From: Salisapilia sapeloensis CBS 127946 | Taxonomy: Eukaryota > Protista > Oomycota | NCBI GenBank assembly: GCA_023334545.1 | Contig: JAADVB010000010.1 | Location: 1-64,000, forward strand | Direction of reading: 5' to 3' | DNA: 64,000 bases | Program-made: the position numbers and the translations under genes | Shown: piece after piece, positions 54,459 through 64,000 of the stretch | How the letters are laid out: the number at the start of each line of letters is the position of its first letter | How positions within the stretch are numbered: the first letter of the stretch is position 1 | The notes under the pieces: model-generated | The model's input: only the letters and a program-made list of their open reading frames with translations | Databases searched by the model: none | Told to the model about the DNA's origin: nothing

Positions 54459-54538
54459 TAGGCACGTGACGTACAGTACATCGATACGACAGTAGCGTTG
54501 CATTTTTATAATTTCGCAATCGCAGTGAAAGCTTTGCC

Positions 54539-56774
54539 TTATCCGAATGGTTTATCCCAATACAGCATCTTCCTGTTCTCTTTCTCAAGTCGTTCATTCT
54601 GGCGTCCTAGCTCTACAATATCGTCTCGAGCCAGTCGTAGCAACTTGATCGCGTGGGCATACTTGTCGTCCATGTGCTGCTTCTCCTTCAAGAACTCCGC
54701 CTTGACTGCCTCGACGTGCTGCACCATCTTTTCTCGTACATCGCGTCGCCACTCGATGTGCTCCGTCTTCATTCGAAACAATTGCTGCTGAAGCTCCACT
54801 GCCCTTGCTCGCTGGGCCTCCACCTCCTCTGCGAGCTTTTGCTCTTTGTCTGCCGTGGCTTCTAAAGCAACACGAAGTTGCTGCTTTTCTTCCTCCGCAG
54901 CTCCCTGTAGCTTCTTTTTCTCTTCTTCCAATGCCTGCTCCAAGTACGCCGCTCGCTCCTGCTTCATTTTCTCCCGCTCGTCCTCCTGAATCGCCTTACG
55001 AAGCTTTTCATCCTCCTCCAGTAACCCGTTCGCAGCTGCTGCCTCAGCTTCCAGATCCGCAATGCTTTCCTCGCATTCCTTCAGCTCATCTTTAACTTGG
55101 ACTAGCTCGTCTCGGTCTGCCAAGACGACTTGTTTAGCCACTTCGATACTCTTGACCAACACCGTCTTCTCGTGAGCGGACAAGGCAGGATTCAACTGGA
55201 AGCTCTCCACTTTCTCCTGTAGTTCTGTCTTGTGAGCAGCGTAGTTAACTTTCACCGTCTTCAGCTTCTTGGACAGCTGAACTCGTTTCTGCTGCAGCGA
55301 CTTTGCTCGTTTCATGTTCTCAAGTTTCTCTTGCTTCACCGTCTGCATGAAACTCAAGATCTTGGTCTCATTCGCCAGACTTTTTGCTCGCTCTTCTTCA
55401 TACAACTTCGTCAGTCGCTCCTTCTCTTCCCAAGATTGTTGTTTTGCTTTCTCAAGATTCGCAATCGTCTCCTCCATCTTTCCCATTGCTTCAGTAGGTG
55501 CTTCTCCGGACGAACTGGTGTCTAGAACAGAGGATGACGTATCTGGACGAACCATCTGCCGTAGCTTTTCAATCTCTTCCCTCAACTCTCGTATAATGCG
55601 TTCGTTGACATCTTCATTCTTCTTCGTCGCGTTCTTGATTGACTTTGCTCGATGAGCATACTGTAGCGTGCTTAGTGTTTCGTCGATATTGTCTTCGGCT
55701 GGAGAGATGGCAGCAACCATGACAGTCAATGCGTTACCACCTAAAGATTCCTGCAAGAGACGAGTAAGTTTCGAGTCTCGATACGGCACATGCATCGCGT
55801 TCTTCCCCTTTGTAGGAGATCCTCCAGCAGGTTTCTCCGCCAGCATGTTTATCACGTTGCCAAGGGCACTGAGACTCTTGTTGATAGAGGCACCTTCTTT
55901 CAGTCGGTCTCCAGTCGCTCCTGTCTTTGACGCTCTCTCAGATCCTGCCAGATCCACTAAGTTCAGTTTGGCCGTCATGCAAGTGTCTTTCATCACGCCA
56001 CAAACTTCCTGAGACCTTTTGGACGCCACCTTGATTGTAAAGCAAGTGTGGGAGCGAGAACTACGTTCATTCATCTGTGTTGCGGCTACTTGTCGAACTT
56101 TATTGCCTTGTTCGAGTAACCTTTGTACGTCTGCTGGTCCATGAACCACCAATTCAGCCAATGGTTCGACGTAGATACCGAGATTGGGATGCTCTCGGAT
56201 CTTCAGTACCCGGTCGGAAGGATTCAGCAGATCCTTTAGTACTTCGTTGTAGATTTCCAAGAATGATACCGTGATCTGGAAGTCGAGTCCTTGGTCACCT
56301 TCCTCACCACGAGCTTCTTCTTGGCACTGGGCGACACGCTTAAATAAATCTTGATACATCAACGGCAGCAGTCCTGGCGAATCATTAACTCCGCCGAGCA
56401 TCGTATGCGTCTTTCCAGAGCTATCGTGTCAGCTTAGCATAAGCAGTGGGAACGACTACAAGAGCCACTTACCCAGTTTGACCATAAGCGAAGATGGTGC
56501 CATTGTATCCCTGCAGTGCCTTTTCAACTAATGGCATTGCCAGTGCCTGATAAACTTCGTCCTGCGTTGAGCCCTCGCCATAGGCGTGGTCGAACGTAAA
56601 CTGTCGAGGTGCATGGCTAGTGGACCCGGTTGAAGTCCCAGGGGCATGCTCTTCATCCAAGAAAATTGTCGATCCATCCACAACACGTACGATCGATCGA
56701 GAGTTGAGCTGTGTCTCGCGCGAGTTCATCGGCCGGCATCGTACCGCCACTCGAACATTGACGTCCGTCGCCAT
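54539..56774 (-). CDS. N-terminal kinesin motor protein (kinesin-3-like) with coiled-coil stalk, 2 exons
   Basis: NVRVAVRCRP; P-loop AYGQTGSGKT split by a 52-bp intron (56421-56472); NERSSRSH, LVDLAGSER, VPYRDSKLTRLLQESLGG. Confidence 0.93.
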
Positions 56775-56895
56775 GCTTCTGTCCGCTAGATCTTGCGTAC
56801 TAGATCGACTCTTTACCAGACGAAACCGACATCGAGTAGCCGTATAGAACTGCAATGCATTCAACAAGGTACAGAAAGCTATTGAAATACACTCC

Positions 56896-57797
56896 TCATT
56901 TCTTTTCCTCTACTGCAGACCGACCAAAGTTGGACTCTGGTTTCGATTCATCAGATACCTTTTGCCCTCCAAACTGACCTCGGAACGGTAGCAAGGGAGA
57001 CACTTTTTCTCGAAACTGCCATTTCAATCGGTCGAATGCACCCTCCATTGAGTCGAGAGCAGGACGAACGTCCAGGTAGACGGACAGCGGACGTCCAGGA
57101 GACGGCTGACCAGAGTAAAAATCTATCACGTATCGGACTTCCTTTCCATCTCGCTCGACGATCCAGTCATGACGATCGAATGGCTCCACCGCCCTACGAT
57201 CGATTCCATTTAGTCTATCAAAGATCTATCCCATACAGCGATGATAAAGGTACCAGCCGAGCGCAGTCATGATCCTAGCTTTAGGACTCAAATCCTTGGG
57301 CTTACCGATGAAGCGCTTTAGCTTCGGAGCTTCCTTTGCTCTGTAGACATCTTGTTAGTACTGATTATTATCATTTGTATGAGACAGACATACGGATGGA
57401 AGCTTTCCCACTCGAGCACTTGCTTCCAGCTCTGCTCGTTCACGGCATTATGAATAGCTACGATGGTCCGCATCTGCTCTGTCTCTGGAGCCCAGCCTTT
57501 GCGCTTCATAGCTTTGAAGTACATGTCTTCCGACGGATATTCCCAATGCTCATTCTTGCCAGTCTGGTGGTCCGGAGTGAACTCATTCGTTTTCGGAATG
57601 CTCGACACTTCACGATCCCTGGACAAAACGTTGCTAGAGCTGGAAGAGTCCGTAGAAACTTCCCATCCGTCCGGGTGCTGAGCAGCTTGCATCAGTTTAC
57701 TGCCAAAACCGCAATTGCCATCTTTGTCGGCACTCTTGGAGCCACTGGACTGTTCGTGATGCGGGCATCCTGCCGGAGATTGCTCTGTCGATGCCAT
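56896..57797 (-). CDS. HCCS: Holocytochrome c synthase (cytochrome c heme lyase), multi-exon
   Basis: N-terminal GCPHH heme-regulatory-type motif, [25 protein letters not shown] and VRYVIDFY. Confidence 0.93.
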
Positions 57798-58086
57798 GTT
57801 TTGCTTTGGATAGTATCAAGTGGATTTACAAAGGTATGGACCGCTGGAATGTACTCGGTACGCTCACTCTTGGGCGATACTTTAGTTGTGGTCGCGAATG
57901 TCTGTCACAAAACACTTGATTCAAGTATGTGCTCGAAGCTATCCAAAAAAGCCATTTTAAAGATACTATTTATTTACATAATAAAGTATGTAGAGTGTAA
58001 ATAAAATCTTAAAAGATAATTAGGATATTTTTAAAATAAATTTTGCACAAAAACAAAACACAAGCGACACAAGTCCAGGAGCGGTC

Positions 58087-59729
58087 ATGTCGTCGACTAC
58101 GCTAGAGCAGCTCCGGTCGGAGCAGGAGAATATTGAGACGCTAGAAAGGCACATTGTTGCCGTGCTAGGTGAGAAGTCCCGCAACGTAAGTGGAATCTTG
58201 TGATGTGCATTATATGACTTGTAATGGCATCCTAACGATCCCGTTCTTGACTGGACAGCATCGAGGGCGTGTGCTGCATGGACACAAAGTCAGCAATCTT
58301 TTGGATGAGGTAGTTCAGCGTAGTCAACATGTAAAGGAGCTATACGACGACAAAGACAAGTACGTTCCCACATATCTTTTCTGTTTCGATCTACGATACT
58401 CACCGAGATACATAAAATAGCACCTTTGCAGACGAGATGGAGAACATGAAAGGCCGTGCAGTATTTACCAGCTTCTACGAGCAGCTCAAGTCCATCCGAA
58501 ACTTTCATAAAAAGTATCCGAATGCGAACGTCCGTCACGAACCGGACGTCCAGAGCGCACTCAATCCACAAGTCAACGTACACAGTCTTCCATTCCATCT
58601 ACCACGTTCAGCCATGATCTAATGCTGTATATGTGTATAGTTTTCAGGAGAAGAGCACTTTGGCAAGTATGTGGACCTGCACGAGTTCTACCTTCGGTTT
58701 ATCAACCTCGAGATCTATAAGCAGTACCATCAAGACCCTGCATCCATGGACTACCTTGCCTACCTCCTAAAACTGAATGATTTTAGTAGTCTCCCTCAGA
58801 CTCAAAAGCTCGCCTCCAACGAATACAAGACCTACTTGGTCGACTTGAAGGTGTATCTCTTGGACTTTTACAGACGCACGCAGCCTCTCGTGGATCTAGA
58901 GGAAGTGTTGGAGGAGACAAAAAATAAATTCGAAAAGGATTGGGCACTCAACCAAGTGGCGAACTGGAATAACGAAGCGACCGTGTCGAATGAACACAAT
59001 GAAAACTACTGCGTCGCCTGTAAGAAGCAGTTCTCTTCTTCAGGGGTCTACCAAGGACATTTGAAGGGTAAAAAACACCGTCGTAACGAAGAAGAGATGA
59101 AAAAGTCTGGAGAGACGTCAACAGAGAGCTCTGCATCTGACGCTAAGGATGTCGCGTTCAATGAAATCCTCATCCGCCGCCTTTACGAGCTCCTGACCGA
59201 AGTCATCCACGCCACAGTTGCGTACTTGGAAGTGAAGCAGACGAGAACGCACGAGGAGCTGCAGGCTGAAGCAGAGGAGGAAGAGGCTGGTGCCTTCTCA
59301 GACGTGGATGAGGAGAACCACGAGGACGCAGACGAGGATGAAGACGCGATAATCCAGAACCCGCTCAACCTGCCACTTGGATGGGACGGCAAGCCCATTC
59401 CGTACTGGCTCTACAAGCTCCATGGTCTCGGCACGGAGTTCAAGTGCGAGATCTGTGGCAACCATAGCTACTGGGGTCGACGCAACTTTGATCGCCACTT
59501 CCAAGAGTGGCGACACGCGTTCGGCATGCGGCGACTGCAGATTCCGAATACGAAACACTTTCATGACATTACGCTTATTAAGGACGCGATCGAGTTGTAT
59601 GCAAAGCTCAAGGACCAGATTGATGGAGAGAACTGGAAGGCTGAGAATGAAGAGGAGTTTGAGGACTCGGAAGGCAACGTCCTGACTAGGAAAACTTATG
59701 AAGACCTTGCGAGACAGGGTCTTTTGTAG
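58087..59729 (+). CDS. SF3A3: Splicing factor 3A subunit 3 (Prp9/SF3a60), multi-exon
   Basis: Starts MSSTTLEQLRSEQENIE. Contains FSGEEHFGKYVDLH, NPLNLPLGWDGKPIPYWLYKLHGL, CEICGN...FQEWRH and EEFEDSEGNV. Confidence 0.95.
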
Positions 59730-59951
59730 TCACGAGAGTAATCCAGCTTCCATTTCACTCACTACTCTTGTTTCCGTCTTGCCTTAGCTTTATGCTAAGC
59801 ATCAAAGTGTAGATGATTAGGTAGTGAACAAGTAGAAAATGTAATCAGGCTGAGGGTCACGGTAGATCCGGAGCTGGTACTCCAGTGATCGTACTTGATC
59901 GAGGGCGGTATTCGATGCGATTCGAAGCAGATTCTGAGTAGATCCAAGTAC

Positions 59952-60709
59952 ATGCTTCGACTGCACCGCCGCCTTCTATCCAATTTCCGACCAAGTTTTA
60001 CAGCAACTACCATGAGCACGCATTCCACACCCACAGCCTTGATTCCGATTGCTGACGGAAGCGAAGAGACCGAAGCCGTGACTTTGGCCGACGTCCTCGT
60101 GCGAGGAGGTGTCAAGGTATCTATGCACGCCGTTTGTATCCGATAGGCCTCGCAATGTATGTCTTACACGCTATACTTAGGTTACCATGGCAACTGTTGG
60201 TCAAAAGACAAATAACGTTGTTGCTATGTCCCGTGGTGTCAAGATCCAAGGCGATGCTGCTATTGAGGATTGTAACGACGTCTCATATGATCTTATCGTC
60301 GTTCCCGGTGTACGTTTGTCCAGATATTAACTTGTATCTATCAACTAATTACAAAATTCGACTGCAGGGAAAGCAAGGAGCGGAGAATTTGAGCGCGTGT
60401 GAGACCTTGACGACTCTGCTTCAGAAGCAAAAGGAGCAAGGAAAGCTATATGGAGCCATCTGTGCTGCTCCTGGTATCGTGCTCGCACCGCATGGACTGC
60501 TTCCGGCCGAAGCGACGGGATATCCTGGCTTCGAGGACCGTATGACGTCCACCCGCCTGAGCGAGGACACAGTGGTGGTGAGTGGTCACTGCGTAACTAG
60601 TAGGGGACCTGGCACGGCGATGGCTATGGCCATAAAGCTCGTGGAGATTCTGTCTGGCAAAGAGACCGCAGACTCGGTTGCCAAGGGACTTCTACATCCA
60701 TTTGCTTAA
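59952..60709 (+). CDS. DJ-1: DJ-1/PfpI family protein with N-terminal presequence, 3 exons
   Basis: ADGSEETEAV, YDLIVVPGG, GAICAAP (catalytic Cys) and VTSRGPGTA. Confidence 0.9.
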
Positions 60710-60831
60710 GACGATGGATGACGCCCAAGTTTCCATGACACTATGAGAATATAAGTCTTCTCGTTTCACTAGACAAGAACAAATTTGCATGCAAATGTAC
60801 ATTGATGACGCTTAAGTAGTATAGAAAAGCA

Positions 60832-62430
60832 CTATAGCCGAACAATCTGGCTGGTGTCAAGCTTGTTGATGAACCACGGAGATTGGCAAATATCCTCTTC
60901 TTCCGACCTTCGGCGTTTCTGGACCATAACGATGATAAGGATCGAAAGGATGATAGCCAGCAGTACGACACAGCCTAGCATCCAGTAGGCGTAGTTATCG
61001 GTATCTGACCCACTAGATGGGCCATTCGACTCAGTCTTGGCCACGGAAATTTTACCCCCAACGTTTTTCTCATCATCTGCCTCACGCAGTGCTTTCTGGA
61101 CACTACAGTAAAGGAGAGCCGCATTCCCGACATTTTTACGCGTCATGCACAATCGGCATTCAGTACCTTGTTGGCATCCAGGCAGATCTCTGGCCATGTC
61201 ACCAGTACATCGGTCGTCGGTAGTATACGACACATCTGTGTAAGAAGACTTGTCGACGTAGCTTTGACACTCGGACGGACAATCGGCAAAGTGCTTGTTC
61301 TTTTCATTCTTGCTTCCGTTGCGGCAGTAGCGACATTGGCTCTCGTAGAAGCAACCGTTGCCGCCATTCGCACATATTTGATCCGGGTAGGCAGATATTC
61401 CCACAGCAACGTCGCCCAGCGACACCTCATCGCCACAATTGGATACCTTGTCATCGCTGTTGCCCTCATCAGTACATGAAGTAAGATGGCGGCTTTCGTC
61501 CGTCTTCTGAAAGCGACAGAAGCGGCAGTGGACATCGTCTTCACCAGCATCACCTTCATGTAGGAAGCAACCATAACCTCCATTCTCACATTCTTCATCG
61601 ATGATGGCTGAAATACCAACTCGAATTTCAGCGTAGGAGACACTGGCAGCACATTCGTCGCTATCCATGCTGTAAGAACTATCGAATCTACCATCGCATG
61701 GTAAAAAGTTCTTGCTTTTCTCTGATATTTCCGTTTTACAAAAGCGACAAGCATGACCGTCACTTGGAGGAAAACAACCGATTCCACCTTCATTCAAGCA
61801 GTCTTGATCGTAGTACGCTGAGATGCCAGCATTGGCATCACCGACTGTCACAAGTTCTGGGCAAGTATAATCGTCATGCTGAACGGATCCGCCTGTAGAG
61901 CTGCTAATGGAAGGCACTTCATCATGCTCACATTTCTCCAAATTGAGGCCTTCTGCTGTATCCTCGAGTTTGCAAAGACGACAAGCCATATTTTTTTCCG
62001 AGTACGTCATGCAGCCAAGACCACCACGAGCGAAGCAGTTCTCATCATGTACAGCCGAGATACTATTCGCTTTATCTTCTTCTGAGACTAACATCGTACA
62101 GGAGTCACCTGGTTCCGGCCATTGCTCAGTCGATGCGTCCGAGCTTTCGCCGACCAGGATTTCACTGCACGGAACAAAGTCTGGTGCAGCATCCGTAGCT
62201 TCTGGAGAGAGGCAGAATCGGCAGATATTGCTAAAGCAACCAAGTGTATCTTGAGACTCCTCAGCACAAGTGACGTCTTCCACTGCACTGACACCAATCA
62301 ATGCATCCGGTTCACTGACAAAGTCGGCGCAATTCTTAGTGCCTTTGTCATCAGCAGCTACAATATATGTCGAGTGCGCCATGACAATAAAGGCAAGTTG
62401 GAGACATGTGTAAATCTGTTGATGGCGCAT
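60832..62430 (-). CDS. Cys-rich repeat single-pass membrane protein, paralogue of 4179-5777
   Basis: Signal peptide, six 6-Cys repeats collinear with the first copy, a TM helix, and the tail PWFINKLDTSQIVRL. Confidence 0.85.
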   Translation of the reverse strand: MRHQQIYTCLQLAFIVMAHSTYIVAADDKGTKNCADFVSEPDALIGVSAVEDVTCAEESQDTLGCFSNICRFCLSPEATDAAPDFVPCSEILVGESSDASTEQWPEPGDSCTMLVSEEDKANSISAVHDENCFARGGLGCMTYSEKNMACRLCKLEDTAEGLNLEKCEHDEVPSISSSTGGSVQHDDYTCPELVTVGDANAGISAYYDQDCLNEGGIGCFPPSDGHACRFCKTEISEKSKNFLPCDGRFDSSYSMDSDECAASVSYAEIRVGISAIIDEECENGGYGCFLHEGDAGEDDVHCRFCRFQKTDESRHLTSCTDEGNSDDKVSNCGDEVSLGDVAVGISAYPDQICANGGNGCFYESQCRYCRNGSKNEKNKHFADCPSECQSYVDKSSYTDVSYTTDDRCTGDMARDLPGCQQGTECRLCMTRKNVGNAALLYCSVQKALREADDEKNVGGKISVAKTESNGPSSGSDTDNYAYWMLGCVVLLAIILSILIIVMVQKRRRSEEEDICQSPWFINKLDTSQIVRL

Positions 62431-62913
62431 TGGAGTAGTTTAGAGGATTGCGTTCCGGCGAGGATGCTTGGGTTGTACAGAGTAAATCGATTAATACGTT
62501 GGTAGTTGGTCAGTAAGCATGGTGTACGGTCATACTCTTGGAAAGAATGCGCCATGAACGAACCTCTGTCCATTGGTTGAAGGCACTGGAAAGTCAGACA
62601 ACCTCCTCATAACATATTTCACATGCTTTTTGAATACTCACAAACAGATACCAGAAGTAAACCACTCGATCGCATCTACTGTGGACAGTCGAGGAAGATT
62701 GCTCGCGGCCACCCGTCACGACAAGTTACATTGGGTGTCCAATACTTATTTATAGCATAAAAAGGTTCTACGAAGTAGCTTGACGCTATATGAGGAAGTT
62801 ACGGATGGGATATGCACATGGGATGATCAAAAAAGCACTCGATGATTGTAGGAGGAACGTTCTTGGTATCTTAATGCTAGTGTGAAGCAGCCGTTGTCCA
62901 CTTTGCTCGGCGA

Positions 62914-63871
62914 TTAATGCCGCCACCTGCGCTCATGCCCTTCTTCCATCGGAGGCTCTAGAAACCCGCGAAAAACAATGTCATCCACGTACCATCGAGC
63001 TCCATATCCTTCAGCAAGTCGAAGTTCCATGACTGCTTGAGAATGTGGAAGACTGTGCACGTTCTTCCAGGTCGTCGAATCGAGGACTTCTACAGCTTTG
63101 GCCAATGCCACAGCATTCTTAGCAGCGTCATTGCCTTTGATCTGTCCCCACCAGCCACTAGAACTACGTTCAGAGTGCTTGCTGAACGCCTTTGCACCAA
63201 CGCTGAGTGTGTTACCACGATGGGGTTGCTGGAAGGATGCTAGGCACTGGGATCGAGTAAGTGGTGCTACCAAGCGACTTCCTACGGTTTCGCGGAAACC
63301 GAGAAGAGTTAGTACACCGCGAGCGCCTCCAATCTTGTCCATAAAAGAAGAGACGGCTTGGATATTCTGCTTCTGCAAGCATCAAATTACGCTTAGACAG
63401 AGGAAGACCATGACAAGGTAGAAAGCAGCAAATGAAAAAAAGATTTTTCTTTGCTAAAGCACCATGCAATAAAAAATAAACTTGATTTACCTCTTGCTTG
63501 CTCGACGAAAGCGATCGCATCAAGCTGGAGACACAATCAGACGGGAGCTCGGATATCATATCGTAAGAAGCTTTACTCTCGGTGACACCACCAATTACTG
63601 GTGGAAGCAGGAGAACAGGATTGACATGAGTTGTGCACCATTTTGCGATGACTACTGCCAGTTGCGCTACGAAAGGCGCAGGATGTAGACCCTGAAGCAC
63701 TTGGTCCACTGTCAGTCTCTCTATTGCATTTGGAGCGCAATCCGGGTCTGCAAGTAGTATCTGCTGGCAAAACTGAACAGGGTCTTCTGCATCCATCAGT
63801 GCATTCTCCGTCTGCAAGTACTCTCGCAGCGCTGATTCCACTAGCGTTATCACTGCCGCTTGATCGTCCAT
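62914..63871 (-). CDS. Homologue of plant ASCH-associated proteins lacking the ASCH domain; toxin-tip-like C-terminal domain; 2 exons
   Basis: ATG at 63871; intron 63373-63490 (gtaaat...ttgcag) splices in phase 0 to give about 279 aa. C-terminus: GAKAFSKH..WWG..G.D..KN..W.N.H..ELR..GYGARW..F.GFLEP..GH..W.H. Confidence 0.7.
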
Positions 63872-64000
63872 TCCGTGCTTTGGTGTCAATTTCGCTGTCG
63901 GCCACCAGCTGATATCGCGTTGGGTACACTTGGACACTTGAAGCTATATTCGGCATATAGCAACTTCTCCAGCAAGAGATATACGGAACCTCCGATGCAA

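Noticed and set aside
57950-58070. Very AT-rich island with a 9-bp inverted repeat between divergent HCCS and SF3A3
   Set aside because: Short inverted repeats are expected in AT-rich sequence. It is best explained as an ordinary bidirectional promoter spacer.
1-64000. CRISPR arrays, rRNA, telomeric repeats, intact transposases or reverse transcriptases
   Set aside because: No repeat-spacer arrays, rRNA-like segments, telomere tracts or transposon protein motifs were seen.

Overview
A gene-dense (about 30 genes) eukaryotic window of roughly 50% GC. Short GT-AG introns with CTRAY-like branch points, TCATTC initiator-like sites and several lineage-typical families point to an oomycete; ciliary genes suggest a zoospore-forming species (inference). 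Recognisable genes are BRO1/ALIX, CSN3, a 2423-aa NO VEIN-like GHKL ATPase/nuclease, an ankyrin-repeat protein, an RGLG copine-RING ligase, a PGDH-PSAT fusion with a mitochondrial-type presequence, AP-1 sigma, CCDC148-like, an STPG/SHIPPO repeat protein, SIZ1, Aurora kinase, CSTPP1-like, a kinesin, HCCS, SF3A3 and DJ-1. I found no prokaryotic features, rRNA, tRNA, CRISPR array or intact transposon. The most interesting observations are: (1) the PGDH half of the serine-pathway fusion appears to have lost its catalytic Arg/Glu/His while keeping its NAD-binding and ACT modules, so it may be a pseudoenzyme or sensor; (2) a gene at the right edge whose C-terminus resembles bacterial Rhs/CdiA toxin tips and lacks the ASCH domain of its plant homologues; (3) a full-length NO VEIN-like protein with an intact-looking PD-(D/E)xK nuclease and an inserted Cys cluster; (4) two inverted paralogues of a six-repeat Cys-rich single-pass membrane protein 55 kb apart with a conserved tail; (5) a four-copy TspO-related membrane array, one copy with a hidden terminal exon, all ending in YG[AST]; (6) a head-to-head pair of diverged membrane paralogues flanking an 81-bp tandem repeat. 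Family assignments come from recalled motifs, not database searches, and intron boundaries were read by eye.
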